A DNA stretch of 63,887 nt, counting the filler, from Octopus bimaculoides (lineage: Eukaryota), in the NCBI RefSeq assembly GCF_001194135.2. It is 5 parts of 5 records of this genome, joined end to end, with 100 filler letters (N's around TTAATTAATTAA, not from the genome) between each part and the next. Parts side by side here need not be neighbours in the genome. Positions count along the whole stretch, not along the records: positions 38,462 to 40,756 come from NW_026425776.1; positions 40,857 to 62,381 come from NC_068982.1; 3 more parts are not named here. One strand, written 5' to 3'. The position numbers and the translations under genes were made by a program. The stretch's first letter is position 1. The number at the start of each line of letters is the position of its first letter. The notes under the pieces are model-generated. The model was not told where the DNA came from. It was given only the letters and a program-made list of their open reading frames with translations, and did no database searches. Positions 38,470 through 52,148 of this stretch are shown piece by piece.

Positions 38470-40590
38470 TGTTAGTCATTTGTATGACCTTAACCGGTTG
38501 AGTATGTCCTTTGGTGATTGACGATATGTGCATCTCTGATTACGAGCAGAAGTAGTGGGGGAGGAATCCTCATGAGTTTGAATAATTCACCTGGGCATCA
38601 TCACACTTGAACAAACCTTACCAGGGATCTTTTGAGCGGGATGGTTCGTTTGTTCACAGAAGTAGAGCTCGAAACTAACAAAGTACGGGTATTAGAAAAA
38701 AGCAGCAGAGGAAACGATGAAAATACAGTTCCTATTGATAAAAGTAATCTCATTGCAGAAAATAGAGGTGAAATCTCTAATAAACCACAGGAAAGGAACA
38801 GTGATAGTTTGCTNNNNNNNNNNGAGGTGAAATCTCTAATAAACCACAGGAAAGGAACAGTGATAGTTTGCTCTATGAGAGACATATAGATTGTTTGGAA
38901 GATGTCAATAAATCTAATGGTGATATGTCAGATGGGCAGAGAACAAGGCAAGGCTACGGGTGAAAGATAGCGACATTATTTCAACCTTAAAAAGGTTGAT
39001 CGGTGGAAATTGAACCAAGAAACGAAAAATGGGAATGACATTCTGAAATACATTAGAACAAAAAGAATCACAGAAACAAATAATTTGATCATGGCAGCAA
39101 GTATTGTTGTAGCAGAAAATATGGGTGTTGATGTCAAGAAAAAAATATATAATGGGAGTGACAAAAGAAAAGATCCATNNNNNNNNNNAAAAGAAAAGAT
39201 CCATGGTGGAAAAGAAGAATATAGGCGGGGTTAGATATGCTGTCGAAGGATATTACTGTGTTGGACTGAAAAGAGAAGGGGAAGCTTAAAAGCGAACAAA
39301 TATACAGGGCACTTAACAGGAAGTATGATACTGAAAGAAAGAACCTGAAAGTGATAACAGAGGAACTGAAACAGCGCCTCGTCGCAAGGAAAGCAAAGAT
39401 GATAAGATTCGACCAAAAATGAAGGGATTGCAGAAGAATAGGTTATTCAAACTAGATGAGGAGAGGTTGTACAGATGAAAAGTTGATACCAGATAACATT
39501 GAANNNNNNNNNNGATGAGGAGAGGTTGTACAGATGAAAAGTTGATACCAGATAACATTGAAATTCAAAGTTCTGGAGTGACATCTAGAGCAAAGACAAG
39601 GAGCAAAAGAAGGATGCTGAATGGTTGCAAGAGCTGAAACAAACAGTAGTCTGTCCACAACAGTCAGAACTAGTCATTTTACTTAGGGAAGTGAAGGAAA
39701 TCAGCAAAAACGATGGGCAACAGGAAGGCCNNNNNNNNNNNNNNNNNNNNNNNNNNNNNNNNNNNNNNNNNNNNNNNNNNNNNNNNNNNNNNNNNNNNNN
39801 NNNNNNNNNNNNNNNNNNNNNNNNNNNNNNNNNNNNNNNNNNNNNNNNNNNNNNNNNNNNNNNNNNNNNNNNNCCAGATGGAGTTCAAGATCTGGTGAAT
39901 GTCATGCACGAATAGCTGAGCAGCTCAACACCTTTTTAAATGCCGACCAAGTAACACCAGAGTGGCTGACAATGGGTAGGATAGTGTTGTGCCTGAAAAA
40001 CATCGAAAAAGTCAATACGGTAGACAATTACAAGCCGATATCTTGCTTGCTACTTATGTGGAAAGTATTGACTTGAATACTCGCAGAGTCAATATACGGA
40101 CAGCTGGAAATAAATGGAGTTCTGCCACATGAGCAGACGGATTGCAAGTGTAAGTGCAGTGGTACCAAGTATCAACCTCTGGTAGACAAAACTGTACTTA
40201 GAGACTGCAAGAGGAGGAAAACTAACTNNNNNNNNNNTGGTAGACAAAACTGTACTTAGAGACTGCAAGAGGAGGAAAACTAACTTATCTATGTCATAGA
40301 CTGATTATCGTAAGACATATGATATGATTCCATGTTCTTGGATTATGGAATGTATGAACCTATTTGGTATTGCATCGAGTGTTGAGCGATTGCTGGGAAA
40401 ACGTATGATGAAATAGGGGACTGAACTGACAGCATATAGAAGTGTGCATGATACCACTAACACTGATTCTGAGGAAATCAATGGTTGGGTATGTATTTAA
40501 TGCGTCCATCAGATAGAGAATCGGAAACCATACATCAAAAAGATTGTACAGATAAGAACAGCCTACATCCTTAGAAAAACAGTGTCAATG
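38470..40590 (+). mobile_element. R4/Dong-like (RLE-type) non-LTR element, internally deleted and gapped
   Basis: DPWWKRRI, ELKQRL, PDGVQ, PEWLTMGRIVLC.K...NYKPISCL..MWK, DYRKTYDMIP.SWI; then a jump to a C-terminal-like segment near 40.5 kb. Confidence 0.8.
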
Positions 40591-41335
40591 AAAATCCTTA
40601 TGTTGTGTTACATGAAGATATTACACTACTGCCCCTGCCACCCCCACCCCTCTCAAGCTGTCAGACATACTGTAACATAATTTTTCCTTCACTCGCTTTT
40701 GGTCGCTTGGTGTATATTAGCAAGTGATTGTAACAAACATGCAGGCTAAAAATAAANNNNNNNNNNNNNNNNNNNNNNNNNNNNNNNNNNNNNNNNNNNN
40801 TTAATTAATTAANNNNNNNNNNNNNNNNNNNNNNNNNNNNNNNNNNNNNNNNNNNNATATATATATATATATATATACAATGAGCTTCTTTCAGTTTCCG
40901 TCTACCAAATCCAATCACAAGCTTTGGTCGGCCCAAGGGTATAGTAGAAGACACTTAGTGAAAGTGCCACGCAGTGAGACTGAACCTGGAACCATGTGGT
41001 TGGTAAGTAAACTACTTACCACACAACCACTCCTGCACCTCCCATACAGCCACTCCTACACACACACATGTATATATCTGTGTATAAGATAGGCTTCACT
41101 ACAGTTTTATCGGCTCTAGAATGAAGGAAATTAACTTTACCTTAGTGATAATTGAACTCAGAATACTGATATACCAATTTAGTTCCAATAAAACGTTCAG
41201 CTTCCATCTATTTTTACCCTTTATCTCATAATAAATTATAGCAAACTTTTCTTTTTGCAACAACTTTTTAATTATATATTCTGTTTTGTAATTTGAAATC
41301 TGAAATAATTTTTAAAATTGTAAAACATATCTCAC

Positions 41336-41392
41336 CTCTTTTGGTAATGGACATTGTAGCCTTCATCCACACTGTTGTGTAATGTGTAAATC
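41336..41392 (-). CDS. Candidate further cytoplasmic exon, 57 nt
   Basis: Acceptor attctgcag, donor AG|gtgaga. Open in the required phase 2: (Q)IYTLHNSVDEGYNVHYQK. No family motif confirms it. Confidence 0.45.
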
Positions 41393-42560
41393 CTGCAGAA
41401 TATTTATACAAAACAGTTTAAAAAACAAACTCTGTGTTACTAATAAAAAAAAGTGCGTGTATTTCTAAAATTTTCACTTTACAAAAAATATATTTTCAAA
41501 TTTCTGAGAAAATTCTCCTTCCTCTTATTTCACTGACAGTGTAATACATTATTGACAGTGTAAACCTATAAAAATTTTCTATTTGGATAATGCAAAATTA
41601 ATGATATGCACCTTGACATGGAATTTCAAATATTGAACAGTTATTTTTCCTCTGCTTTCTTAGAAATTGGTAGATGTAGAAGAGAGAAGTTCTGTCTCAA
41701 AACACACAACCTTAATTAGCAACAAATTGCAAGAAAAAATTCTATCTGCTATGAATACTCTTTGGATCCTTTTATTGAGGAATGAATTATTATGAAATCA
41801 GGACTTCTAAATGCAGACATTGATGCATGACTAGATAATTTAGAGTTGGATGCCTTTCTGTAAATAAGTACTCAACAGTGAAAGAGAAGTGGAACCTGTT
41901 ACAAAGTTATGCTTTCTAAAAGGGACATATAATTGCTACAACAGATTTTGAGCAGACTTACAAATAGAAAGTTTGTTTTGGTAAAATTTATCATCAGAGT
42001 ATCAGAATATATTAGGCACAAGCTTGGAATGCTCTGCAAAATTGCAGGCAGCTGGACAAGGAAGGAAGATATGTCATTCACAAGGCATAAATCTACAACA
42101 TTATGGAATAATACATCTGTTTATGCAGCATGAATGCCTTGCAAAGTGTACTTTATTTCCTTGCAACAGTCCAAAGAAACTGATGTTACTCAGAGTTCTT
42201 GACACAAAGCTACAAATATGTAGCGGAGAGAACTCAGATTGTAGTCACAGAAGATATACAACAAAGCATTTTGTTTGATGCTTCAACAATTCTACTGATC
42301 TTTAATAACAAGTTTCTAATTTGGTTCAAAGCAAGAAAATTCAGGGATAGGGCAAGTGACTTAAAACAATATCAGTACATGACTGGTACTTTATCTTATC
42401 AATTCTGGACTGATGAAATATAAAGATTGGTTGTTGTCATAGTTATAGAACCAATTATAACCTACATGTAATTAAATAATCAAACGTTTATAAGAAATAA
42501 TAGGAGTTAGAAAGGAGGGATAAGGAGGAAAAGGGGAGCAAGAGAGAAAGAAAAACATAC

Positions 42561-42621
42561 TGTCCATCTGAAAAAAACAAATTGGTTCCAGGATATTCAT
42601 CTTCAGTTTTATGATTTGATT
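42561..42621 (-). CDS. Cadherin cytoplasmic exon, 61 nt, phase 1 to 2
   Basis: Acceptor tcattgcag, donor CA|gtatgt. (Q)SNHKTEDEYPGTNLFFSDG, phase-compatible. PGTN..DG resembles the recalled P(N/G)TN...DG(A/S)NP motif of CDH23/Cad87A-type tails. Confidence 0.8.
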
Positions 42622-42798
42622 CTGCAATGATATGATTATTAAATAATGACTATAGTTTTCTTTGACAGATAAATGTCTTTCTTGCATTGAATACACAGAC
42701 AAACACAGTTTAGAATACTTTAACAAAATAGAACATACAAAATTAAATTATTAAAAGAAAATGCAAAAATGGATGTGAAGTGATCATCAGTTCAACTA

Positions 42799-42836
<38 letters not shown>

Positions 42837-44736
42837 GGGATGTGGCCCAGTGCTTAGGGTGTTGCATTCATGATCGGTAGATCATGGGTTCAATTCCCAG
42901 ACCAGACAGTACATTGTGTTCTGGAACAAGACACATCATTTCATGTTGTTCCAGTCCAGTCAGTTGTAAATGCAACAGAATAACCAACTGATCAGAGGGA
43001 ATGTTGGCATGCTTGCTCAACTAGCATGGTGGCATCATTCAAAAAGCTAAAGCAATGCAAAGCACATTGTGACCAGTGATGTATAAAAACATCCAATAGT
43101 TTGGCCGATACTGTTACACACACACACACACGCAACGAGCTTCCTTCAGTTTCTGTCTACTGAATTGACTCAAGGTTTTAGTTGACCTGGGGCTACAGTA
43201 CAGGACACTTGCCCAACATTCTGCAGAGAGGGACTGAACCTGGAAGTAAATGGCTGGAAAGCGAGCTTCTTAAATGTATAGCCATGCCAGTGCCTACATA
43301 GTCAGGCCTGAACTTAAAAAGCAAGTCCTGATCCATGGAGAAGATTTAAAAACACCTGTATTTGCTAAAGTTCAATACATGTTTAAGATTAGGACATTCA
43401 ATAAATAATATACAACAATGTGTGTGTGTTCGTGTGCGAGTATGTGTGCATGTGTAACAATCAGACATAAAACAGTATAGACTATATAGACTATATATAG
43501 ACTATATAGGCATGTAACACAGTAGAAGCTACAAGGGATATATAAAGCAGTATTATTCACACTACAAGGAAAAGCTTTTTCCTGCTCAGTGGCAGTGAAG
43601 CTGTATGTTTTTCTCAACACTTTCATATATCAGGGAAAACACTACTACACTTAACCCTCTATCATGACTCTCACAACTATTCACTATGAGGTGTCTATAA
43701 ACTAGCCATCCCCAGTGCATTTCTTTTCTCCCACATTAACTAAAGAAGGTATTATCCTCAATGACTGATACAAGTCATTGTCTCTCATTTACTGAATGTT
43801 CTCATCCTAAAAAATGTGTAATATGTCTATTTATGGGCGTTTTCAAATCTTCTCTAGAAATAGAGATATTTAAGTGCAAGCTCAGCTTATGGTTCTGATG
43901 TTTGCTTTCCAGTCATGTACTTTGGGTTCCCTCCCACTTGTATGAAACCTTGAACAAATGCCTTTTACTATAGTTTCAAGCTGACCAAACCCTTGTTGAT
44001 TGAATTTGGTAGATGGAAACTGAAAGAAGCTTGTAGTGAGTGTGTGCATGTACACAGGTGTGAGTGTGTGTCTTCTCCTTGTTATGTCATCATGTGATGT
44101 CTGTAAACAAGTACCATCATCATACATGGGATGTTGTTCATTTCCAATGCCTGAGATGTCAGTCATTAGGAATAATACCTTCCTAAATAACCTGATTATT
44201 TAAGTCAGTGATTAGCTCAGGGCTTACACAACCAGATATTTTCAACATATCAGCAATTATCTCAGATAGAATTTCATTCTTTCCAACACTGAAATATTTA
44301 ACTGCTTAATTAGCATACATCTTCCAACATCTGTAGCAAGCCTTTCTTGGAGTTCACTGATAGAAGACTTTGATAAATCTTTTGGCTAACAACCTCATTT
44401 TGTAACATTTTTGTGCCATTTTCTTTCATTATAACTGAGGGTAAGTATAGAAGTGTTATTCCAGATGTATTTCTCTTCAATAGCATTTTGATCAATCCAA
44501 ATACACCACCTTTTTAAACTAGAACACTTTGTGGCTTTCATCCTCGTGACTCTGAACAGCAGCAAGTCTCCCTCTCTCAATGCTGAAACACAATGCATAA
44601 AAAAAATTTTTCAAGGCCAGTGTAAGTTAAAAATCATATCCCACAAATACAGGACATCTTAAAGGTCAACTCTGCAGCCAAAAAGTTGACATTGCATCCA
44701 TTCCAAACCAAAGACACAGATATTAAAACAACTTAC

Positions 44737-44777
44737 GATTTATAGTGGTTTTAGCTGCTCTTAATTCCCTGACATAT
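44737..44777 (-). CDS. Cadherin juxtamembrane cytoplasmic exon, 41 nt, phase 2 to 1
   Basis: Acceptor tatttctcttcag, donor C|gtaagt. (R)YVRELRAAKTTIN, phase-compatible with the TM exon and resembling the recalled RKLKA motif of CDH23-type tails. Confidence 0.8.
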
Positions 44778-44836
44778 CTGAAGAGAAATAGAATAAGCAG
44801 TGAACAGACAAATAAATATATCATTGTGTGTGTGTG

Positions 44837-44881
<45 letters not shown>

Positions 44882-44989
44882 TAGTGGAAATGTTTGTTCT
44901 CCAACAATAAATGTATTGGGTTGGCAACTAAGATCCCGCCGTTTTTTAAAATTTTAATTTTTTAAAAGCTTTAATAAAAAATAACAACT

Positions 44990-45890
44990 AATTAATCAAT
45001 AATGTATTCACCCTTCAATTGTTTACAACTTATTCCTAACGTTCAACAAGATTTTCAATACCTCATTGGTAGAAATCACCCGATTTCAACTCGAACAATT
45101 GATCCAACCAAGAGCTCAATTCTGCATCAGTATTGAACAAAACTCCGCACATAGCATTTGAAAGAGGTAGAAATCCATTGGTGCCAAATCAGGAGAGTAA
45201 AGTGGGTGTGGCAGCACTTCCCAGCCATGCATTTGAATGGCTTCCTTGGTCATATTGGTGATATGAGGGTGGGCGTTGTCGTGCAGCAGAAGAACTTCAT
45301 GCTGACGATTAGGTCTTTTCTCTTGAATAGCCGTGTTGAGTTGTTCTATCTGTTGAACATAGAGTTGACCATTTGGTTCTGTTCAAGCAATTCGTAATGG
45401 ATAATCTCTTCCCTGTCCCACCATATGCACAGCATCATTTTACGTGGATGAAGATCTTGTTTCATGCTCGATGTCGCTTGTTTACCCGGGCTAAACCATT
45501 CCTTATGCTGCTTCATATTGATGTACAGGCACCATTTTTCATCGCCAATAACGATTCGGTAAAGAAATCATTGTTTGTATGAGTTGAGCGGTGATGAGCA
45601 AACAAACCAGCAGAGATTGTGGCTCGTTGATTTTTGTTGTTGTCACTTAAAGCATGCTCCATACTTCTGAACCTTTCCCATCGAGTGAAGATGCTTTTCT
45701 GTAGTAGTGTGGGAGCATTCCATTTTCTCTGCCAGTTCCCTTGTCGTTTGATGAGAATTTTCATGCAAAAGTTGGTTTTGCAAAATATTTGGCATAAAAA
45801 AGTTTCACAGGTTTCGATTTTTGGATCCAAGAAAGGAATCCCAATACATGCAGCAAACTGGTTGCAGTGATGGGGCACCATACTACTAAA
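44990..45890 (-). mobile_element. mariner transposase remnant
   Basis: IVIGDEKWCLYIN, LHPRKMMLCIWWD...IIHYELLEQNQ, and a decayed YSPDL region. Confidence 0.85.
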
Positions 45891-45914
45891 CTACAACTAT
45901 ACAATGGAATATTT

Positions 45915-46840
45915 ACCTTTGAAACAGCTAGGACATGATAAAGGTCTATCCTGGTTAATACCCAAAAATGTCAAACCATTTGAGGTTACAGTAATAGCAA
46001 CCCTAAGAGATGAAGGGTAAATTAAACACATAATATGAAACACTGTACGATAGTTACCAATAATTCTGGAGGAGGTAAAGCGATATTTGTCAAAAGACAA
46101 GTTCATTAATGAAAAAAAACTCTATGGTCAGCAAAAGAAAACAAAAAAAAAGGTTTGGTAAGAAAAAACAACAAGATGCAATCATATATTCAACACGTGA
46201 TGGCGTACTTATGTATGGCTAAAAGGTAGTGATACCTGAGATTCTACACAAGCGAATGTTGAAAGAATTCCATATTGGACATCTGGATCACAAGGATAAT
46301 TGTGTTTATGTGCAGCTATGTGTGTTGGCCAAAGATGAAGTTGAAAATGTAGTAAGAGGCTGCAGAGGATGTACTCTGGCAGCGAAATTGCCTACAAAAA
46401 ATAGGAGCCTTGGCCATATGTAAAAAGTTCATGGTCAAAACTACATATCCACTTTGTGGGTCTGTTAAATGATATTACTACTTAGTCGTAGTTGACAATT
46501 TTACAAAATGGCTGGAAATTGTTAAGTGCAAAAGACAAACTGACTCAATTATAATAAATTTTTTGCGCAAATTATTCCCAACATTTGGCATCCCAGATGT
46601 AATTGTATCTGATAATGGAACACAACTTGTCCAGTGAATTTAGAAAATTTGGCGAAATGTTCATGGTAGAACATAAAACGATAGTGCCTTACCATCCCAG
46701 ATCAAGTAGACAGGTAGAGCAGTTTGCTAACACTTTTAAAAGAGCTTTGAGAAAAGCAAACACGGAAGTCACAAACAAAGTTGCTTTGCAGCAATTCCTA
46801 AGGGTATACAGGGTGACACCGAACCCCAATACGTCCAACT
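45915..46840 (+). mobile_element. Ty3/Gypsy pol remnant (RNase H end plus integrase)
   Basis: GHDKGLSWLIPK, VVIPEILHKRMLKEFHIGH, YLVVVDNFTKWLEI, FGIPDVIVSDNGTQ, PYHPRS. Confidence 0.9.
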
Positions 46841-47977
46841 ATCATATGATTTTCAAACTATCCACAGAATATCCATGGGTACTGTTGCCATTAATGATTC
46901 TCTTTTATCAGCTATAAGCTCTTTAAAATGTGTTTATAAGAACGGTAACAAAAAGAAGGAAAAAGATTAATGTAAATTTTAAACTATTGAAATAACAACA
47001 TAGTTTCATTTTGCTTATCTTATAGAAAAACACCTCTATTGAGTGGTCCAAATCAGTTGACAACATATATCCCACCTCAACATCATCACTATTGCATCCA
47101 TAAGTTCATCATGTTTACCAATGCCAATTTGGTCACACTTACCCATCTTCCACAGAATTTATTTTGGGACAACACATAATGTTTCAATTTTTTGTAATCT
47201 TAACCCTTCTGATAACAACCCACCCGAGACTGTCCCTGGTTCTATGATATAAACTTACCGTTTAAAGTATTAAATCTTTTATCAAAATTTCATGTTAAAC
47301 ACTACTTTAATGATAATAAAGTTATTTTACTTAATTCTTTGTTATTTTCAAACTTGAAGCAAAGGCCGTTGTATTTCAACAAAAAGCTTAAACATTATTT
47401 TAAAATATGAATGTCCTGTGGATCATAATTTTCTCTGTTTCAAATTTTGTCAATGCAATCTCATTAGCTGCAACCAAGGCATACTACTTGAATGCATGAC
47501 TTACTGTTTCTGGAACTTCACTATATTTTGAACACTATCATTCAAATGTTATACAAAGTCTTAAGAGTCTGCACAAATAAAGTGAGCTCGCCAGTAAGCA
47601 GTCCAAGCCTTTTGTTGATCCAACCCAAGAGGGGCCTAACACAACACACTCATTTCACTGCTTAAAGATACTAATGTGTATAAAATATTTGAGCCAGTTT
47701 AAAATGAAAAAAATCTGTTCTCCAATTTTGAATTAACAGCTTCTCAAATAAATTTGTACTCTCTTCCAAATATTACAGTTTACTGTTGGAAAGTCATTCT
47801 AAATGTCAATGTTACAAAACTTCTAAGCAATATTTTTCTTCATCTATGAATGAATGTTGACCTTCATCTCTGATCAGAAAAGCTTCTTTGAATTGAAATC
47901 AATCCATATAAAATTTTCAAAAGTTTATATTTAGTAAATTTTTAAAAAATGAGTTCATCAGTTTGAGAACTACCCAC

Positions 47978-48102
47978 CTGTGATTACTTGCATGAAGCAA
48001 AATCATCGTAATGATCAATATGGAAACCAGCATCGCAGTGACTGTAATAGAACTTATGAAATTCTTTTCATTGCTGTTAGCAGCTACAGGTGTTTCAGGT
48101 TG
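47978..48102 (-). CDS. Cadherin transmembrane exon, 125 nt, phase 0 to 2
   Basis: Acceptor ttcttgctcttctag, donor AG|gtgggt. QPETPVAANSNEKNFISSITVTAMLVSILIITMILLHASNH(R): one hydrophobic helix downstream of the EC exons. Confidence 0.85.
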
Positions 48103-48899
48103 CTAGAAGAGCAAGAAATATCAATCAATAAGGATTTTTACAGAACAGTAAACATAAACATAAAAACCACATAACAACATCAATAATTATATAATAATTT
48201 CTGAGGCAGAAATCCAACAATTTGTTGGATGGGGATTGGTTAATTGAACTGATCCCTGTACTTCATTGGTACTTTATTACATTGCCTCGNNNNNNNNNNN
48301 NNNNNGGGGGGGGGGTGAACAGCAAAGATAGCCTAGACAAGATTTAAGTTGTGAATGTAAAAGCACCAATACAAACACCACAAGGATTTTGTCTCTGACA
48401 CTGTAATGATTTTGACAATCAACTGCCTTAACAATAACAACAGCAACAATTTATACTGATATACAAATTTATGGCTGATTAACAAAACGCTAATGTGTAT
48501 ACAAAAAATTAATATAAGCAACTGGGGGCAATATAAAACTACAAAGGGAAAATTTAATCGTCCCTAATTGTGACTGAGGATGCTGAATAGCACCTATATT
48601 GCAAGAGATAAGAGTTAAAACGCTTAAGGTTGCACAAAACACAGCTGCTTATATTAATTTTATATATATATATATAGAATATGAGGGGTTTAGTTCACTG
48701 ATGATCTAAACTAATAAGTTTGCTGCAGAAGTGCTATAATTGGTCATCCGTTAGGTTACAAGTTCACAGCTGAGGCTGGAGCTAGGGACCTGTAGTAGGC
48801 TTCCGAGTCAGCAGGTATATATTAAAGGAAAAGGTAAACAAAACCAAGGCAGGTCATTCATTTAGAATATTTAATTAGAGTAAGGTGAAACAAAAATGG

Positions 48900-49025
48900 A
48901 GAAGTAGAAGTAATTAATGTCTTACAGCTGTTTCTGTGATATCCCAGATAATGTGTATGAGGGTGTTGACTCATTACCTGGGGTATCCCAGAAACAGCTG
49001 TAAGACATTAATTACTTCTACTTCT
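48900..49025. repeat. Near-perfect palindrome (MITE-like hairpin)
   Basis: 37-bp perfect arms (48900-48936 / 48989-49025), extending to ~48 bp with 2 mismatches. Confidence 0.9.
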
Positions 49026-49426
49026 ATTTGANNNNNNNNNNNNNNNNNNNNNNNNNNNNNNNNNNNNNNNNNNNNNNNNNNNNNNNNNNNNNNNNNNNNN
49101 NNNNNNNNNNNNNNNNNNNNNNNNNNNNNNNNNNNNNNNNNNNNNNNNNNNNNNNNNNNNNNNNNNNNNNNNNNNNNNNNNNNNNNNNNNNNNNNNNNNN
49201 NNNNNNNNNNNNNNNNNNNNNNNNNNNNNNNNNNNNNNNNNNNNNNNNNNNNNNNNNNNNNNNNNNNNNNNNNNNNNNNNNNNNNNNNNNNNNNNNNNNN
49301 NNNNNNNNNNNNNNNNNNNNNNNNNNNNNNNNNNNNNNNNNNNNNNNNNNNNNNNNNNNNNNNNNNNNNNNNNNNNNNNNNNNNNNNNNNNNNNNNNNNN
49401 NNNNNNNNNNNNNNNNNNNNNNNNNN

Positions 49427-49862
49427 ATGTAGTTGAATTTAATGGTGGATTTCCTTGGTCTTTTGCAGTAACATTGAAACACTTGTATCCTATTTTATTT
49501 GTTAAATTTGAAGCAATACTCAGAGCACCTGTACCTGGATCCATTTTAAATAACACAGATTCCATTCCTTGTATTGAGTACTGAACTTTACCGTTTTCTC
49601 CAATATCTTCATCATTGGCTGCAACAGTCAATATAGTTCCTTTAGATACGCTTTCTTGTACAGTTTCAAAATATTTATCAGACTTAAATACTGGAGCATT
49701 GTCATTAACATCAGTTACATTGATTAGGATTGTAGTTGTGTTTTCTTTCCATCCAGGTTTTTGAAAATCATTTACATAGTCATAGTTATCTTGAGCAGTA
49801 ATAATAACAGTGTACTTTTCCACTGCCTCTCGGTCAAGTTTTGAAATTAACACTATTTCTCC
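49427..49862 (-). CDS. Cadherin internal exon, 3' end lost in gap 49032-49426
   Basis: Acceptor ctatttcag, phase 0. GEIVLISKLDREAVEKY...TDVNDNAPVF...ANDEDIGENG...AKDQGNPPLNSTT. Confidence 0.95.
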
Positions 49863-50129
49863 CTGAAATAGAAAGAAAATGATATTACTTAAAGAAATTT
49901 TCTATTCACAAAAGTTTTCAAAATTACAGTTTATTTTGGAAAGAATTAGTAATTATAAAAACAAATAGTTTCATTTGTTAATTTCAATGTAACTTAATCA
50001 TGGATATATTGATAATAAATTATTATTAAGTAGCAAAACAGATAAATTCCTATTTGTTTCCTTGTTTTCTTTAATAAAAAATTCTTTCTTTCCATTGGTT
50101 GTAAAATCAATTTGCAATGAATCAATATG

Positions 50130-51560
50130 CTGCTAACCTTGCTCTCATTACAGAATCTGTAACAGAATTGGAGAAGAGATCTCAGGTATGGAATCAAAAC
50201 CTGGAATCAAAGGGCCTTAACGATAACCTAGCAAAGACCAAAGTTATTCTTTGCAAGAAAGCAGATAAGACTCTCTTTCTGTCAGATAAATGACCCTGCT
50301 CAATATATAGGAAAGGAGTTGGAAGTAATTTCATTCACTGCACCTAGTGTGAGTTATGGACACATATGACATGCAGTGGAATCACAGGTAGATTAACAGA
50401 TAAAGTAGTCTTTGTACGTGGCTGATGTGCATACACAATAAGCACTAAGAGCACACAGGACTTAGATTCTCTCAAATGCCCAGGATGCTCTCTTGAAATA
50501 GTAGATAGTTTCTGTTACCCAGATGACCAAATTAGCAATGGTGATGTATGCTCTGAAAATATTGTTTCTAGAATAAGAATAGGATGGAGGAATTTCAGAA
50601 AGCTACTACTTCTGTTGGCAACAAAAGAACTCTCTCTCAAAGTGGAAGATAGACTGTATGATGTCTGTGTATGAACAACTATACTCCATGGTAGTGAGAC
50701 ATGAACTCCAAATGCAGAGGACATGGATAGACTAGAGAGGAATGAAGGCAGTATGCTCCACTGGATGTGTGACAGTAATGCGCATGAACAACAAAGTGCA
50801 AATATGTTGAGAGAAAAGTTGGGCATAAGAGGAATCAAATGCAGCATGCAAGAGCGGAGACTACATTGGTTTGGATATGTGATGTGTATGAATGAAGACA
50901 GTTGTATACTGAAGTGCTGGTCCCACGATGTGGATGGCACCTGCCAAAGAGGGAGACCCATGAAGATATAGGATGAAGTGGTGAGGACCAATTTCAGGAT
51001 ATTGATGCTCACAGAGGAAGTGACAATGGACCAAGATGTTTGGTGATATGAGGTTCAAGAGAAGACCCACCCACATCGGTAAAACTCAGTTCTAGAAGTG
51101 TTGAGTTCCACCCACACATAATACAATTTTCACACACCTTATCCCAACAAATCAAACTACTTCTCCTCTCCCAAATTATGTCTTCTCTTTCTCACATTTC
51201 GTCTTGATGCACTATGATTATCTCCCACTCCCCAATCTTGTCCTCGCTACCCTGCTGATTGTATCGTGCTCTCCCCACCCTCTCTATATACCCCAGTTCT
51301 CACCAGTCACATATTTCCTCACCCCCACTCCCAACTCACATCTTCTTGGCAATACACTGTTGGTACTTGCCATCATTTATCTTTCTCTTCCTTATTTTAC
51401 CATGCTTTGATTCCCGTTCCTTGTGAGTATACCCTGGCACTTCGTTGCCAACTTTACCCTACTCTTGCAGTCTTCCACTTTGTCTTTCCCTTGCTCTTCC
51501 TTGTAGTTGGGTAACCATGTATTTCCTCTACAGCAGCACACCTGTTTCTGCCCTCATTCT
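50130..51560 (+). mobile_element. RTE LINE 3' portion (RT end, PHD-like insert, C-terminus, 3' UTR) in a cadherin intron
   Basis: LESKGL..NLAKTKV, RIRIGWRNFRKL, ILHGSET, RRLHWFGYV, GTCQRGRP. Confidence 0.85.
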
Positions 51561-51834
51561 AGATCACTCTCTCTCCCTCAGTTTGACTCTGGCGTGTTGT
51601 ACAGTGCACAAATATTTGTACATAAATATTCACAAATATATATAAATGAAAATATAATTACAGATATGCATAGATATGCACAATGAATAAATATATTTTA
51701 ACATATTTTGGAATTTATTCTGTCAAAAATTTCTGTACTTATATCCAAAATAAATATGCATAATTGCTTTTATGAAGTTTTTGAAAGACAAAAAAAAATT
51801 AACAATTTAATACAAGAAGAGATTTAACACTCAC

Positions 51835-52148
51835 AGTTATTTTATCAATTTTAAAAGGAGAATTTCCACCAGGAACTGTCAGAGTATAAATAACATTGGC
51901 TTGTATCCCTATATCTTTATCTGTAGCTCTTATTTTAATAATTGTGGAATTTACAGGAGTATCTTCTGGTACATGTAATAAAGATGTAAGATTTTGAAAT
52001 TCTGGGGCATTATCATTAAAATCTTCAACAACAATAAAAACTGTTGCTGTGGAAGATAATGTTGGTAACAAAGAATCACTGGCCATAACATTAAATGTGA
52101 TGTTTGGATTTTCTTCACGATCCAGCTCTGATATTAAAAAAATTTCAC
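51835..52148 (-). CDS. Cadherin internal exon, 314 nt, phase 1 to 0
   Basis: Acceptor cacttttcag, donor ACT|gtgagt. GEIFLISELDREE...VEDFNDNAPEF...VPED...ATDKD. Confidence 0.95.

Noticed and set aside
38765-40290. Exact direct repeats either side of 10-N gaps (38814, 39179, 39504, ~40228)
   Set aside because: Identical overlaps of contig ends at minimum-size gaps: assembly artefact, not tandem duplication.
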